A stretch of DNA of 64,000 bases from assembly GCF_009914755.1 (NCBI RefSeq), contig NC_060947.1; one strand, given 5' to 3'. Both the position numbers and the translations under genes were made by a program. This stretch comes from the human T2T-CHM13v2.0 reference genome, Homo sapiens. Below are positions 1-14,445 of this stretch, one piece after another. Under the pieces are notes generated by a model. It was not told where the DNA came from, made no database searches, and saw only the letters and a list, made by a program, of their open reading frames with translations. Position 1 is the stretch's first letter, and the number at the start of each line of letters is the position of its first letter.

Positions 1-345
1 TATCTTTTCAATTATCTTGAACCTATAATAACATTACTGTGTCATATATCAGTCTCATGTTTAACTTCTTCAGGGACTGCCAGATAATTTTCCAAAATGG
101 CTGCATCATTTTATGTTTCAAACCAGTAACATATGAGGGTTCCAATTTGTCCACATGCTGACCAACACTAGTAAATGTCTGTCTTTTTTATTGTAACCAT
201 CTTAGTGGGTGTGAAGTCGTATCACATTGTGGTTTGGATTTGCATTTTCTTAGTAACTAATTATGTTGACCATCTTTTCATGTGTTTATTGGTCATTTAT
301 ATCTTCTTTGGAGAAATGTTCATTCAAATTCTCTGACCATTTTTA

Positions 346-2645
346 CTTTTAGTTTTTTAACTTTTATTTTACATTCAGGGGTACATGTGCAGGTTTGTCA
401 TATAGGTAAATCGTGTGCCACAGAGGGTTAGTGTACAGATTATTTCATCACCCAAGTAATAAACATAGTATACCATACATAGTTTTTCAAACATCACCCT
501 CCTCCCACTCTCCACCCTCAAATAAGCCCCAGCTTCTGTTGTTCCCTTCTTTGTGTCCGTATGTACTACATGTTTAGCTCACACTTATAAGTGTAGTTAT
601 CTAAGTATCTTCATAGGTCTTATATTTATGATGGTTAGGTCTTCTTGTTGAATTGAGCACTTTACCATTATGTAATGCATATATATTTATGATGTTAGAT
701 GCATATATATTATTAGGTGTTAGGTGCATATATATTTATGATGGTTAGGTCTTCTTGTTGAATTGAGCACTTTACCATTATGTAATGCCCTTTGTATTTT
801 TTGATCCTGGTTGGCTTCAAGTTTGTTGTGTCTGAAATGAGAATAGCAGTCCCTGCTTCCCTCTTTATTTTTTGTTTGTTTGTTTGTTTGCTTGGTAGAT
901 TTTTCTCCATCCTTTTATTTTGAGCTTCTGAGGGTCATTGCATGTAAGAGGAGTCTCTTGAAGATCGTATACCACTGAGTTTTGCTTCTTTATCCAACTT
1001 GACACTCTGTGCCTTTTAATTGGAATATTTATCCCATTTACATTCAAGGATAGTATTGATATGTGTGGATTTAATTCTGTCATCATGCAGTTAGCTGGTT
1101 ATTATGCAAAGTTGTTTGTGTGGTTGCTTTATAGTGTTCCTCCAGTGTGTTTTTGCAGTGTCTCATAGAGATCTTTCTTTTCCATATTTAGCACTCCCTT
1201 CAGGAGCTCTTGTAAGGCAGGTCTGATGGTAACGAATTTCCTCAGCATTTGCTTGTCTAACAAATATTGTATTTCTCTTTATCTTATGAAGTTTAGTTTG
1301 TTGGATATAAAATTCTTGGTTGAAAATTATTTTCTTTAAGAACGCTACAAATGGGCTCTGAATCTTTTCTGGCTTCTTAGGTTTCTGATGATAGGTTTGA
1401 GGTTTGCTGTTAGCCTGTGGAGGTTCCCTTTGTAGGTGACCTGCCCCTTCTCTCTAGCTGCGTTTAGCATTTTTCTTTCATTCTGAACTTGGAGAATCTG
1501 ATAATTGTGTGTCTTACTGCTTGTGTGATATTTCACAGGGGTTCTCTGCATTTCCTGAATTTGAGTGTTGACCTCTCTAATGAAGTTGGGGAAATATTCA
1601 TGAATGTTATCCTGAAATATGTTTTCCAAGTTGCTTTCTCTCACCACATCTTTTTCAGGAATACCAGTGAATCACAGATTTGGTCTCTTTACATAATTCC
1701 ATATTTCTTGGAGGTGTTCTTTATTCTTCTTTATTGTTTTTCTTTATTTTTGTCCGATTGAACAATTTTGAAGAGCCAGTCTTTGAGCACTGAGTTTCTT
1801 TCCTCAGCTTGATTGATTCTGCTGTTAATACTTGCAATTGCATTATGAAATTCTTGTAATGTGTTTTTCAGCTCTATCAGATAAGTTTGGTTCTTTCTTA
1901 CAATGGCCATTTCATCTATCGACTTCTGTATTGTTTTATTACAATCCTTAGTTTCCTTGGATTGAGTTTTGAATTTGTCCTGAATGTTGATGTCTTCATT
2001 CCTATTCATATTCTGAATTCTATTTCTGTCATTTCAGTCTTTTCAGCCTGGCTAAGAACCCATGCTGGGGAACTAGTGTGGTCATTTGGAAGTAAGAAAA
2101 CACTATGGCTTTTTTAGTTGCCTGAGTTTTTGTGCTGGACCTTTCTCATCTTTGTAGGCTGATGTTCCTCCAATCTTCGGAGTTGCTGTCCTTTGGATGT
2201 TTTTTTTTTTCCTTTTATCCTCTTTGATGTGCTTAGGTGTTTGATTGTGGTATAAGGTGGGTTCATTCAACTAGCTACATTTCTAGAAAATTTTAAGGGG
2301 GCCAAGGCTCGGCCCAGGGCTCCTGGGCTAAGTTCACTCTGGCAGGCTTGTACCAGGCCCCTGGCTTTCTTTTCTGGCCCCTTCAGATTAAGAACCTGCT
2401 GTGCTGGAGTGATTGAGATATTATCAGTCCTGTCATCACAGGACTCTGATGGGTGGTGCCAGGCAAAGCTCTTCATCGGGCAGTGGCAGCAGATTCCATA
2501 CTCACTTGCATATGCCAGCAGCAGTGGCAATGTAGTGAGGTGTACTCTCATTGGCTATGGTGAGGCCTTGGTGGATGCAGGGGTGCCAGCCTCCATGCAG
2601 GCATTCACGATGGTGGCAATGACGGCACAGTACGGCAGGGTTGGG
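346..2645 (-). mobile_element. Older L1PA-type (roughly PA13-16) LINE-1 with 5'UTR, ORF1, endonuclease start and 3' end, most of ORF2 deleted
   Basis: ORF1 remnants (1345-1647, 1731-2009), EN remnants (865-1086 MTELNPHISILSLNVNG; 713-910 TIINIYAPNT), 3'UTR/polyA at 346-593, and a diverged TSD (331-345 vs 2648-2661). Confidence 0.85.
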
Positions 2646-4783
2646 CTCTTTGCTCATTTTAAAATTGGCTATTTGACTTTTTATTGTTCAGTTGTAAGAG
2701 TTCTATATATATTCTATATACACGCCCTTATCAAACTTATGATTGCAAAATATTTTCTCTTATACAAGGGCAATCTTTTCATTGCCTTGATGGTGTCCTT
2801 TGAACACAAATGTTTCTAATTCTGCTGAAGTCTCATTGGTCTACTTTTTCTTTTGTTGCTTATGCTTTTGGCTTTTTATACTAGAATCATTGCCCAATCT
2901 AAGGTCATGGAGATTTATGTTTATGTTTTCTTCTTAGAGTTTTATAGTTCTAGATTTCAAATTTAGGTCTGTATCCATTTTTAGTTAATTTTGTATATGG
3001 TATGTAAGGTATGGAACCACATTTGTTTTGTTGCCTATATATATCCAATTATCCCAACGTCATTTGTTGAAAGAACAATTCATTCCTATTGATATCTTAG
3101 CATCCCTCTCTAAAGTCAATTGACCATAAATATACACATTTATTTCTGTACTTTAATTCTATTCTACTTATCTATATACACAGTTTTAATTACTGTAACT
3201 CTGTTAGTAATTTTGAAATAAAGAAGCATGTGTCCTCCACATAGTTTCAAAAAATTTTTTAGTTATTTGGATTTCTTATATTTATATATAAATCTTGGGG
3301 TTTATGTAAAAAGCAGACAAGAGCAGACACCTTTGCCGAGTTTCCAATCTTAGATAGAAAATTTTAGTCTGTTATCATTGAGCTTCCTGTTAGCTTTTGG
3401 TTTTTGTAGACGTCCATTGACATTTTGTTTTTTAGTTTCCTTCTGATGTTAGTCTGGTTTTCTTAAATCATGAAAGGTTTTAGATTTTCTTAATTTTTTG
3501 CATCTTTTTCAATAGTCTAGTCAATTAATATGGTGTATTACATTGATTGATATTAATATGTTGAACCAACCATGCCTTCCTGGAATAAATTTCACTTGGT
3601 CATGGTGCATATATTTTTCATATGTTGCTGGATTTGGTTTCCTAGTATTGTGTTGAAGGTCTTGCATTTAATTTCATTAGGAGTAATGGTCTGTAATTTT
3701 CTTTTGTTTTAGTTTCTTTTCTGGCTTTTGTATAAGGATATCACTGGCCTCATAGAATGAAGTGAGAAGTGTTTTTTTCCTCTTCTATTTTTTGGGAGAA
3801 TGTGTGAAATAGTGGTTTTAATTCTTATTTAAGCTTTTGGTAGAATTCAAGAACAGTAAAGTCATCTGGGCATGGGCTTTTCTTTGTGGAAAGTGTTTTG
3901 ATTACTAATTCAATATTTTTGCTTGTTATAGGTTTATTCATATTTTATACTTTTTCTTCATTCAGTTTTGGTAATTGGTGTCTTTCTATGAGTTAACTCA
4001 TTTTATTTAGGTTATGTAATTTGTTGGTATACCATTGTCCATAATATCCACATATAATACTGTTTATGTAAGATCAGTAGAAACATCCCCTTTATCTTAT
4101 CTCTCCATCTCTATTATGTCTCTCACCTTTGGTAAATCTATAATACCTAAAGGTTTGTCAATTTTGCTAATCTTTCCCAAGAATCAGCTTTTGGTTTCAT
4201 TGATTTTTAAGATTCTTCATTCTCTATTTTGTTATTTTCTACTCGAATCTTTTATTTCCCTCCTTCTGCTTGCTTTGGGTTTAATTTTCTCTTCTTTTTC
4301 CATGTCTTAATGTGGAAGATTGATTTGAGATTCTTCTTATTTTTTGTTATAGGCATTTGCAGCTATAAATTTCCTCACTAAGCACTGCTTTTAAGGTGCA
4401 TCTTATGAATTTTGTTATGTTGTGCCTTTGCTTTCATTCATTTTTATAATTTCCCTTTTTTGATCCATTGATTATATAGGTTTGTGTTTCATAACTTCCA
4501 CACAAATGTAAATTTCTCAAATTTATTTCTGTTATTGTTTTCCAATTATATTTTATTGTGGTTGCAGAACATACTTTGTATGATTTCAATTATTTTATGT
4601 TTATTTATATTGTTTCGTAGCCTAACACATGGCACATCCTGGAGAAGTTCTATATATACTTGAGAAGAATGTGTATTTTCCTGTTGTTGAGTGGACTGTT
4701 CTACAAATATTTATAAGATCTAGGTTTGTATAATGTTATTGTTATTTTCATCTGGAGAATTTCTATCTTGTTTTTTCAAATAA

Positions 4784-5123
<340 letters not shown>

Positions 5124-5131
5124 TTCCTTTT

Positions 5132-5135
<4 letters not shown>

Positions 5136-5174
<39 letters not shown>

Positions 5175-5340
5175 TGATGGTGTTTCGCTCTTGTTGCCCA
5201 AGCTGGAGTGTAATGGCACGGTCTCGACTCACCACAACCTCCGCTTCCCCTGTTCAAGCAGTTCTCCTGCCTCAGCCTCCTGAGTAGCTGGGATTACAGG
5301 CATGCGCCACCATGCCCTGCTAATTTCGTATTTTTAGTAG
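5136..5340 (-). mobile_element. Truncated AluS (right arm) with ~38-nt polyT
   Basis: gtttcgctcttgttgccca...tttttagtag. Confidence 0.93.
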
Positions 5341-6579
5341 CTCTTTTGAGCGTATTTAAGACAGTTTGTTTAAAGTCTGTTAAAGTGTAACATCTGTGTT
5401 CATTCAGGGACAGTTTCTATTAACTTCTTTTCTTTCTGTTTATAAGGGCCATACTTTCTTGTTTCTTTGCATGTATCATATTTTTTGATGAAAACTTGGG
5501 ATTTTATATAATATAATGTGTCACTGATGGAAATCAGATTCCTCTACATCCCTGACGTTTGTTATTTTTGCTTTTTGTTTAGTGAACTTTCTGAACTAAT
5601 TCTCTAAGGTCTGTATTTATTATAAGCAAATTCTTGTGTGTAGTCACTGAAGTCTCTGCTCAGTTAGCTTAGTAGTAATCAAGTAATGATTAGACCGAGA
5701 TTACCTAAACACTTGGCACTAATAAGTCTCCAATGTTAGCTGGGGATCACTGTTTTCGTGTAGTGCATGGCTTCCACCCTCAAGCGGTTAATTTACAACT
5801 TTATTTTCACTTTCCACTTGTGCAGAGCCATAACTTCAGCTTAAGGTGAGAATTTAGGACCTGCTCAGGTTTGTCCTGGCCATGCTTAAAGCCCTGGGAA
5901 TACACACAGCCCTTCATATGTGCATGGTTTTCTAGATTTCCAAAAATATAACAGAGCTTTTCAAAGTCTCCTGTGGACATCTCATTCCCCAGCTTTCTTT
6001 TTAAGCTTTTGATTAGCATATAGTTTGCTCCAACTGTTATCCACTGTCTCAGGCAGACATGATTTTAAACAACTGCTGTAATTGTTTTCCACAAATACCT
6101 CCAAGAAAAGATAGTTAACTTTGGGTGATTTTTGACCCAGGCCAAATAAAGACAAGCCATGGGAGTGGTGTCTTCCAGAGAACCACCAGATGGATTAAGT
6201 AATGATCCCTCTGGGAATAGGGCTTTAACAAAACTTCAATCCCATTCTGTCCCCTCCAGTGGCTGCCAACTGCTGGTTTTCATTCTGATTGTAGATCGTT
6301 TGCTTTTTTGGCTACTGTGCAGCAGGGAAGAGGGGATTGGAAATAGGATAAACTAAAATGCCACAAAGCTCTCTGGTCTTACCAAGATGCAGCTATTTTT
6401 CTTAAATAAGTGTTCTTGATTATTCCAAGCCTTTGGTTAATTCCCAGCATTCTGAAAAAAAAAAAGTATTAACAGTTTTTACTGGTGCTTTCCTTGCTTT
6501 TACAGAGGAGAGTGGTTTCCAACATCTGTACTCTACCATTTCCACTAATGTAACCTAAATGTTTTTATTATGACAGAAC

Positions 6580-6890
6580 ATTCATCCTCTGGATTTTGCA
6601 TACTTGGTTATCTCACTTTGATCAGGTCTTTGCTCACATTGTAACTCCTCAGGGTGGCTTTTCCCACTCACTGTTTTCACAATACTTATAACTACCTAAC
6701 TGTACTGTATTATCTTTATAGTACGTGGCAATGTACTATATAGTTAACCAATGTTGTCCCCTGTAAAATATTACTCTGTAAGGGTGAAGACTTTGTGTAT
6801 TTTGTTCACAGTTTTAACTCTCTCATAACACCATCTTTGGCACATGGTATGAGCTCAATAATTATTTGTTGAATTATTAAATTCATTGAT
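6580..6890 (+). mobile_element. L2 3' end
   Basis: ggcacatggtatgagctcaataattatttgttgaat L2 tail. Confidence 0.7.
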
Positions 6891-6899
6891 GACCACTTT

Positions 6900-7950
6900 T
6901 CCTTTCCCCACATCAAATACCTGGCTAAATGAAATCAGTTTTTAATAAAATAATATTTATTATTTTTTATGAATATTAATGTGGTATATACTAATTAAAA
7001 TATGGAAATGTAGAAACATATAGAAAATAATAATTACCCATGGATACTCTTGTGAGCAGTTTGTTACATAACAGTTTGTTTTACTGAATTGGATTTTTTT
7101 TTCTGAACACATTTTTAATGTGGATGAACCTGCTTTATTTAACCACTTCCATATCGTTGGACTTTTTGAGGTTGCCTTCAATTTTTTGTTAATCCATGAT
7201 AAATATCTTTGTAAAAAATACTTTTTTTCATTTTTATGTTTAGTTCCTAAGATTAAAATTGTACAATTAAAGTTTCTGAGTCTTAGAATATACAAAATGA
7301 TGAGTTATTTTGATACATATTACTAAATTTCCCTTCAGAGATGATTTTCTTAACTTGTAACCATTCTGTAGTCTTGGAGATTTCCTATTCCCTCAAAACT
7401 TTCCAACCTTTACTACTTTCGTATTTATTTTATCAGTTCATAGGCCAATAAAAATGTTATCTTGTATTGTTAATTTCTTTCATTACCAATGACACTGAGC
7501 ATTTTTATATGTTTATTAATATTGATTTCAATTTTACAATTGTCTGCCCCATAACTGTTTTTAGTTTTTTTAGTGTTCAGCGTTTCCTTTTTTATAAGGG
7601 AGCCCTCTGTTAAGTAAACAATTCTTTATTGAACATATAAGCTCTTTCTTGGTTTCTCATTTCTATTTTTATATAAATTCTAGCATTTTTATTTCTTATG
7701 CAGTCAAATATCATAATTTTATTTATATAAACACTTAACTCTATTTGTTGTGTTTAATTCTTAATATTTAATATTTTTTTGCTATTGTGATGAGGTTTTT
7801 GTCCTTTATATTTTCTAAATAATTACATTGGTAGATTAAAAAGGCATTGATATTTATTCAATTTTTACAGATAGTTTTATTGCTTTAAACAATATATTAA
7901 TTATTCTCTTTTATTTTCATAGTGATTATATTACTTGAAAGTAATAGTTC
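6900..7950 (-). mobile_element. Very old L1ME-like remnant
   Basis: Degenerate antisense L1 3' motifs (cattaccaatgacactgagcatttttatatgttt). Confidence 0.5.
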
Positions 7951-7959
7951 ACTCTTTTC

Positions 7960-9240
7960 TTCATTTAACACATAATTATTTGGTACATACTCTATGCCAG
8001 AGACTGTTCCTCACACTGAGAATATATTTCCACCTACAGAACAAGACACATGGTGACTCTATCCTCATAGCAGAAGAAAGGTAATGATGAAACAAAACCA
8101 TCTATAATATATCATATGATGATAAGTGTTATGAGTTAAAAAACGGGGAAAGGGGCTATAGACTGATGATGGCAGAAAAAGGTTACAATTTTCAATTTTC
8201 AATGGGGTGATTAAGGAAGAATGCTCTGATAAAGTGACATTTGAGAACAGACTTGAGGAAGTTAGGAAGTAAGTTATGGGAAGATCTAGATCTGGGTAAA
8301 CAATGTTCCAGATAAAGAGAAGAGTACATGAAAAGTGCTTCCCTGAAGCGGAAACAAGTCTAACATTTTTAAGGAACAGTAAGGAGGCCAATGTGCCTTT
8401 TGTGAAGTGATCTTCAGGGAGAATAGTAGGAGACAAGGTCAGAGAAGGAGTAGGGGTCGCAGCATATGTATACTCTTGTAGAATTTGGACTTTTATCATG
8501 AGTGAGATGAGAAACCAATAAATAATTTTAATGAAAAAAGTGACATGATCCAGCTTAAATTTGTTAATGTTATTTTTCCGACTACTAGGGGAAGAATAAA
8601 GTAATGGAGAAGGACAGAACATAGAAACTAGTAGTTGTGAGGCTATAGTCTAGGCAATAGATGATGTTGGTTATGACCTAGGTGGTAGTGTCAGAGGTTG
8701 TGGGAGTATACAGATTGGGAATATACTCAGATGGAATAACTGATAATAGTTGTCTGGTCATAAATTATGAGAGAAAGAGGATAAAGAGTGTAATTCCTAA
8801 GTTCTGGGCCTGAACAACTGAGTTAATGACCTAACCATTTATGCAGATGTGGAAATCTAGGAAAGGGTTGGGGTTAGAATGAGGAATAAACCAAGCATTC
8901 TACCTTGTAAACAGTAAGCTTGAGTTTCCAATTAAGCATCCAAGTGGAGATGTCATGTAGGCAGTTGACTATACAAACATAAGTTCAGGGGGAGTTCTGG
9001 GATAGAGATGTAAGTTCAGGTGCCACCCATTTATGGGAGGAATTTGAAGTCATTGGGTTGGCTGAGATCATTTTGTGTATGAAATCCTCAAAGGCTGAGC
9101 ACTGAGGCATTCTCACATGCATACATCATGAAAATGAGGAAGACCTAGCAGTGGAAATGGTAAGAAGTGGCCTGTGAGGTACAAAGACAATTAAGAACAA
9201 GTGGTGCCATACAAAAAAGTACTTTAAGAAGGAGCGATTG
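7960..9240 (-). mobile_element. L2 (antisense, ~1.3 kb)
   Basis: tcatttaacacataattatttggtacatactctatgccag tail followed by typical purine-rich L2 body. Confidence 0.8.
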
Positions 9241-9314
9241 GCTCTTAGTTTCTAAAATGTGTATTTCCTATTTGTATTATTGCGTTATATAGAAATTCCA
9301 ATAGTGATAGTACT

Positions 9315-9560
9315 AACAGTGTCTATTAAGCACCTAGTATGTATTAGGCATTTTGTTTAGCAGTTGACATTCATTATGCAATTTAATTCTCATAATAATA
9401 TAGGAGTAAGTGAAAATTATCATCCCAATTCCTCAGATGCAAATCCAAGGACCAGGTAATTTAGACCACTTGCTTGAGATTTCATAGCTAGTAAGTTTTG
9501 AATCTAGATTTGAACTCAGGATGTCAGAAGTCAAAATCAGTGTTTTTAACTGCTGTGTCA
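9315..9560 (-). mobile_element. MIR
   Basis: MIR core: attatcatcccaatt...gatttgaactcagg. Confidence 0.75.
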
Positions 9561-10645
9561 TTTTGGCAAAGTACTGTTAATCAATAGTGATATTAGCAGT
9601 AGTCATCAATGGCTTTGAAATACTTGCATTTTTGCATTGAGTATGATACTGGTTGTTGGCACATAAATATAAATAGATTATATGATAGGTAGGTGGGTAG
9701 ATAGATAGACATAATCTTGCTATGGAAATGTAAGAAAATTACCTTTTCTAATTTAGTAACAATTTTTATTAGAAGTAAATACTGAAATTCATTTAAAACC
9801 CATTTGGGGCTCTTTTTGAGTAAATATTGACAAGATTATTTTTAAATGCATATGGAAATTCAAAGGACCCAGAATAGCTAACATAGTTTTCAATAACAGC
9901 AAAATGAGACAACTTATCTATTTGATTTCAAAACTTACTATAATGCTATATCAATATAGAGAACTAAATTGTATAATGAATGTCAAGTGCTTAACAAAAT
10001 GCCTAACACATACTAAATGCTTAATGTATTAATTGTTAGTACTATCACCAGTAGTAGTAATAAAAACAAAATAGCACTGACGTAAAGGTAGACATATAGA
10101 TCAATAGAACAAAATGGAAGTTCAGAAATAGACCCATACATACATATATAGCCAATGATTTTTGACAAAGGTGCAAAGGCAATCCAGAGTCAAAAAGATA
10201 GTCTTTTAAACAAATTGTGCTTAAACAGTTGAAAGCAGAAACAATTAACCTGATTTTTTTTTCTGATCATACACAAAATTAACTTGAATTGGATTTTAGA
10301 CCTAAATCTAAGATCCAAAATTATTAAATTTCTAGAAGACGTAAGAGAATACCATTATGATCTTGGGTTAGGAAAGAATTTCTTAAAGAGCACACAAAGT
10401 ATATGGACCACAAGAAAAATGTTTAGTAAATTGGACTGCATCAAAATTTAAAAGTATTGTTCTTCAAAATACATGAGTAAGAAAATGAAAAGATAAGCCA
10501 TAGACTTGAAGAAATAGTTGCAAAACATGCTGATAAAATACTTACAACCTTACAATAAGTTAAACAACCCAATTAAAAATTGGCAAAAGATTTAATCGGC
10601 CACTTCACAAAAAAAATGGTATATGAACGGTCAGCAAGCACATGA

Positions 10646-11490
10646 AATGAGCAGACACTTCACAAAAGAAGACATTTATGTGGCCAACAAACATGAAAAA
10701 AAGCTGAACGTTAGATCATTAGAGAAATGCAAATCCAAACCACAGTGAGATACCATCGCCTGCCAGTCAGAATGGTGATATTAAAAAGTCAAGAAACAAC
10801 ATGCTGGTGAGGCTGTGGAGAAATAGGAAACTTTTTACACTGTTGGTGGGCGTGTAAATTAGTTCAACCATTGTGGAAGACAGTGTGGCGATTCCTCAAA
10901 GACCTAGAACCAGAAATAGCATTTGACCCAGCAACCTCATTACTGGGCATATACCAAAAGGGATATAAATCATTCTATTATAAAGATACATGCAAGTTAT
11001 ATTCATTGCAGCACTGTTCACAAAAGCAAAGACATGGAATTAACCCAAATGTCCATCAGCGATAGACTGGGCAAAGAAAATATGGTACATATACACTTTG
11101 GAATACCATGCAGCCATAAAAATGAAAGAGATCGTGTCCTTTACAGGGACATGGATGGAGCTGGAAGCCAGTATCCTCAGCAAACTAACACAGGAACAGA
11201 AAACCAAACACCATGTGTTTTCACTTATGAGTGGGAGCTGAACAATAAGAACACAATGAGAACATATGGACACAGGGTGGGAACAACACACACTGGGGCT
11301 GTGCAGGGGAAAAGGAGCATCAGGAAGAATAGCTACTCCATGCAGGGCTTAATACCTAGGTGATGGGCTGATAGTTGTAGCAAACCACCATGGCACATGT
11401 TTACCTACGTAACAAACCTGTGCATCCTGCACATGTATCCTGGAACTTAAAATAAAATAAAATAAATTTTGAAAAAAAATAAAATAAAAG
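10646..11490 (+). mobile_element. 5'-truncated L1PA 3' end
   Basis: ORF2 C-terminus (MWKTVWRFLKDLEPEI), L1PA 3'UTR and A-rich tail. Confidence 0.92.
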
Positions 11491-11508
11491 ATGCTCAGCA
11501 TATTATCA

Positions 11509-11863
<355 letters not shown>

Positions 11864-13699
11864 TTACAAAAAGATAGAACATGACAACTGTAATTTTCAC
11901 ACACTGATGGTGAGATGATGAGATACAAAATAGTATAATCACTTTGGAAAACAGTTAACATTTTTCTTATTAGGTTAAACATACACTCATTCATTCAGCA
12001 ATCCCACACCTACATTTTTATCCAGGAAAAACGAAACCATACGCCCACACATAGAGTTGTGCACAAACGATTATAGCAGCTTTGTTGTTAATAGCCAAAA
12101 ACTATCAACAATACAAATACCCATCAGCACAACAATACAATTAAATACTATTCAGCAATAAAAAGGAATGAAATACTACAGACACATGCTACAACATGAA
12201 TGAATGTCAAAAATATTAGGCTGAGCAAAAGAAGCCAGATAGGAAAAATACATACTGTATTATTCCATTTATATAAAACTATAGAAGAGACAATTTAAAC
12301 TGGTGGACTGGGCCTGGCACTGGATGTATTTGGAAGGAGGATTGATGGTGATAGGACTATGATGAGATTTTGATGGCAAAAGGACACTTTTAAGTATAAT
12401 AGAAAAGTTCATTTTCCTGATAGTGGTGATGGTTACCTCTGTACGAATTTGTCAAAACTCAACAAATTGCAGAAAGTTGTATTTTATTATAGATAAATAA
12501 TCCTTCAATAAGCTTTATTTTAAAAAAAAAGACAATCTATTTTGGCAACCAAGGAGGTAATAATAGATTTTTCCTGTCAATTATTAATGTGAGAAAGATA
12601 ATAATAAATGTCCTAATATTCAACCTCTTTGCATTTCTGAAATGAAGCATACTTCATTATAACAGTTTATTCATTTACTATCTTGCTAGATTTCAGTTTT
12701 TAGGGCTTAACTCAAGATTTTTTGTATCTATACTCATGAAATTGGTCAATGATTTCATTTTCTTATTTTCTTTGTCAGATTTTAATCTCATGGTTATGAT
12801 AGCACTGTAAATATATTTGGAAGCATTTGTAAAAGAAATTAATTTTAGAAAATCTTAAAACTGGTATTACTTTTTTTTCTTGAAGGCTTGAAACAGCTCA
12901 TTTATAAAGCGTTTTTTACTCAACACATTTATGGAGATTGTTCTTTGATAATGCTTTGGTTTTGTCATTGCAGTGTTAATCTTTTGAACTTTTCTGGGTC
13001 AATTTTTTACGTTGAATTGTATGTTGTGTTGTTTGACTTGATTTCTTCTTCAAGATTGTTTGTATTTGCTAACTAGATTTTTGGCTTCTTTTTACTTTTT
13101 ATTTTCTTTTACGTGAAATATCCAATTAATTATCATGACCAAAATAAAAGCCAAGTCAGCAGGTAAAGCCTTGCTTAATTTCCAAATAATATGCTTCTCC
13201 TCCTTCCAGCACACCCACCCCCAAGATTCCGATATACTTTCTTAGAGGTGTTTTTTGTATGTATGTTTGTGTTTTTTGTTTGTTTTGTGACTTGTGACAC
13301 GCACAGCAATATTAACAATTAACAATTATTAATTGTTAACAACATTAACAATACTAATAACCATCCATTAAAAGAAAGCAAAAACGAATTTATTTATTCA
13401 TGTTACGATAAAGCCCAAGCATTACATGTTCATTGCTAAAGAAATTGTCCTGGCTAGGAGCACTCAGTGTTCTCAATGGACAGGTCAGGTTCACGTCCTG
13501 TATGCACATCCTCTGGGAAGAAAATAGGGTCAGATACCTTGCAGATGAATACTTAAAATAACTAATTAATAAATAAAAATTGCAGTGGTCATATTTCTCT
13601 GGTTCACAATGATTAATTTAACTTATTCTCCACTAATTAATGATGTCCAAATTGAAATGATGTCAATTTAATTTTTTCTATGAAAAATGAACAAGTTTT

Positions 13700-14340
13700 C
13701 ATTGAGTCAGTCAAGATTATTTGCAGGGGCAAGTGACGAAAATTGAAAATCCAGCACAAACTAGATTAAGCTAAAAAAAAAAAAAGAGGGTGGAATGTAT
13801 TCATCATTTACGCAATTATTTCTTGAATGCCCAATACATCACAGGGAAATAAATGTATTGGGTTACATAACTGGAAAGTTTAAGGATTCTAGTTTTTGGC
13901 AATGCTGTGGTCTGAGATATTAATGCTATCATCAATGTTCTATTGCTCTCTCTTAGTTCTCCTTTCCTTTTTGTTTGCTTCACCTCTGGCTGATTCTTTT
14001 CATTTCATAGCCAAGATGTCGCCCAAAACTTCTAGATTTACATCAACAATATAGCCATTGATTTCAGTTAATAAGAACACCTATTTTCACACAATGCTGG
14101 CAAATGTTCAAGGAAGGATTGTGATTGGCCCAGCTTGGGACATGTGCCCATTTCTGAACCAATCATATTGAGTTAGAAATTGAGGTACTGGGGCCAGTCC
14201 TGGGCCATGTGCTCACTCATGTATTCATCTAAAGAAAGGTCAATCTATTAGAAGCTCAATTATATGAGTTCTCAAAAGGAACAAGTGATATTGTTAACAG
14301 AACAAAGGGGAATGGGAAATATGCTAGGCTTTCAAACACT
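13700..14340. mobile_element. Old MaLR LTR (MLT1J/K/L-like)
   Basis: tgattggcccagcttgggacatgtgcccatttctgaaccaatca motif. Confidence 0.6.
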
Positions 14341-14445
14341 GTATGAACACTACTACAAGTACTCTCTTGCACTTCTTACCTCTTTTTTCCTTTTATTCCC
14401 CAGTGTTATTTCATAGTCTGTTATTTAAGATCAAGTTGATTACAC

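Noticed and set aside
8065-8622. Longest ORF in the track (185 aa)
   Set aside because: Lies wholly inside a degenerate L2, with no recognisable non-repeat domain or splice support.
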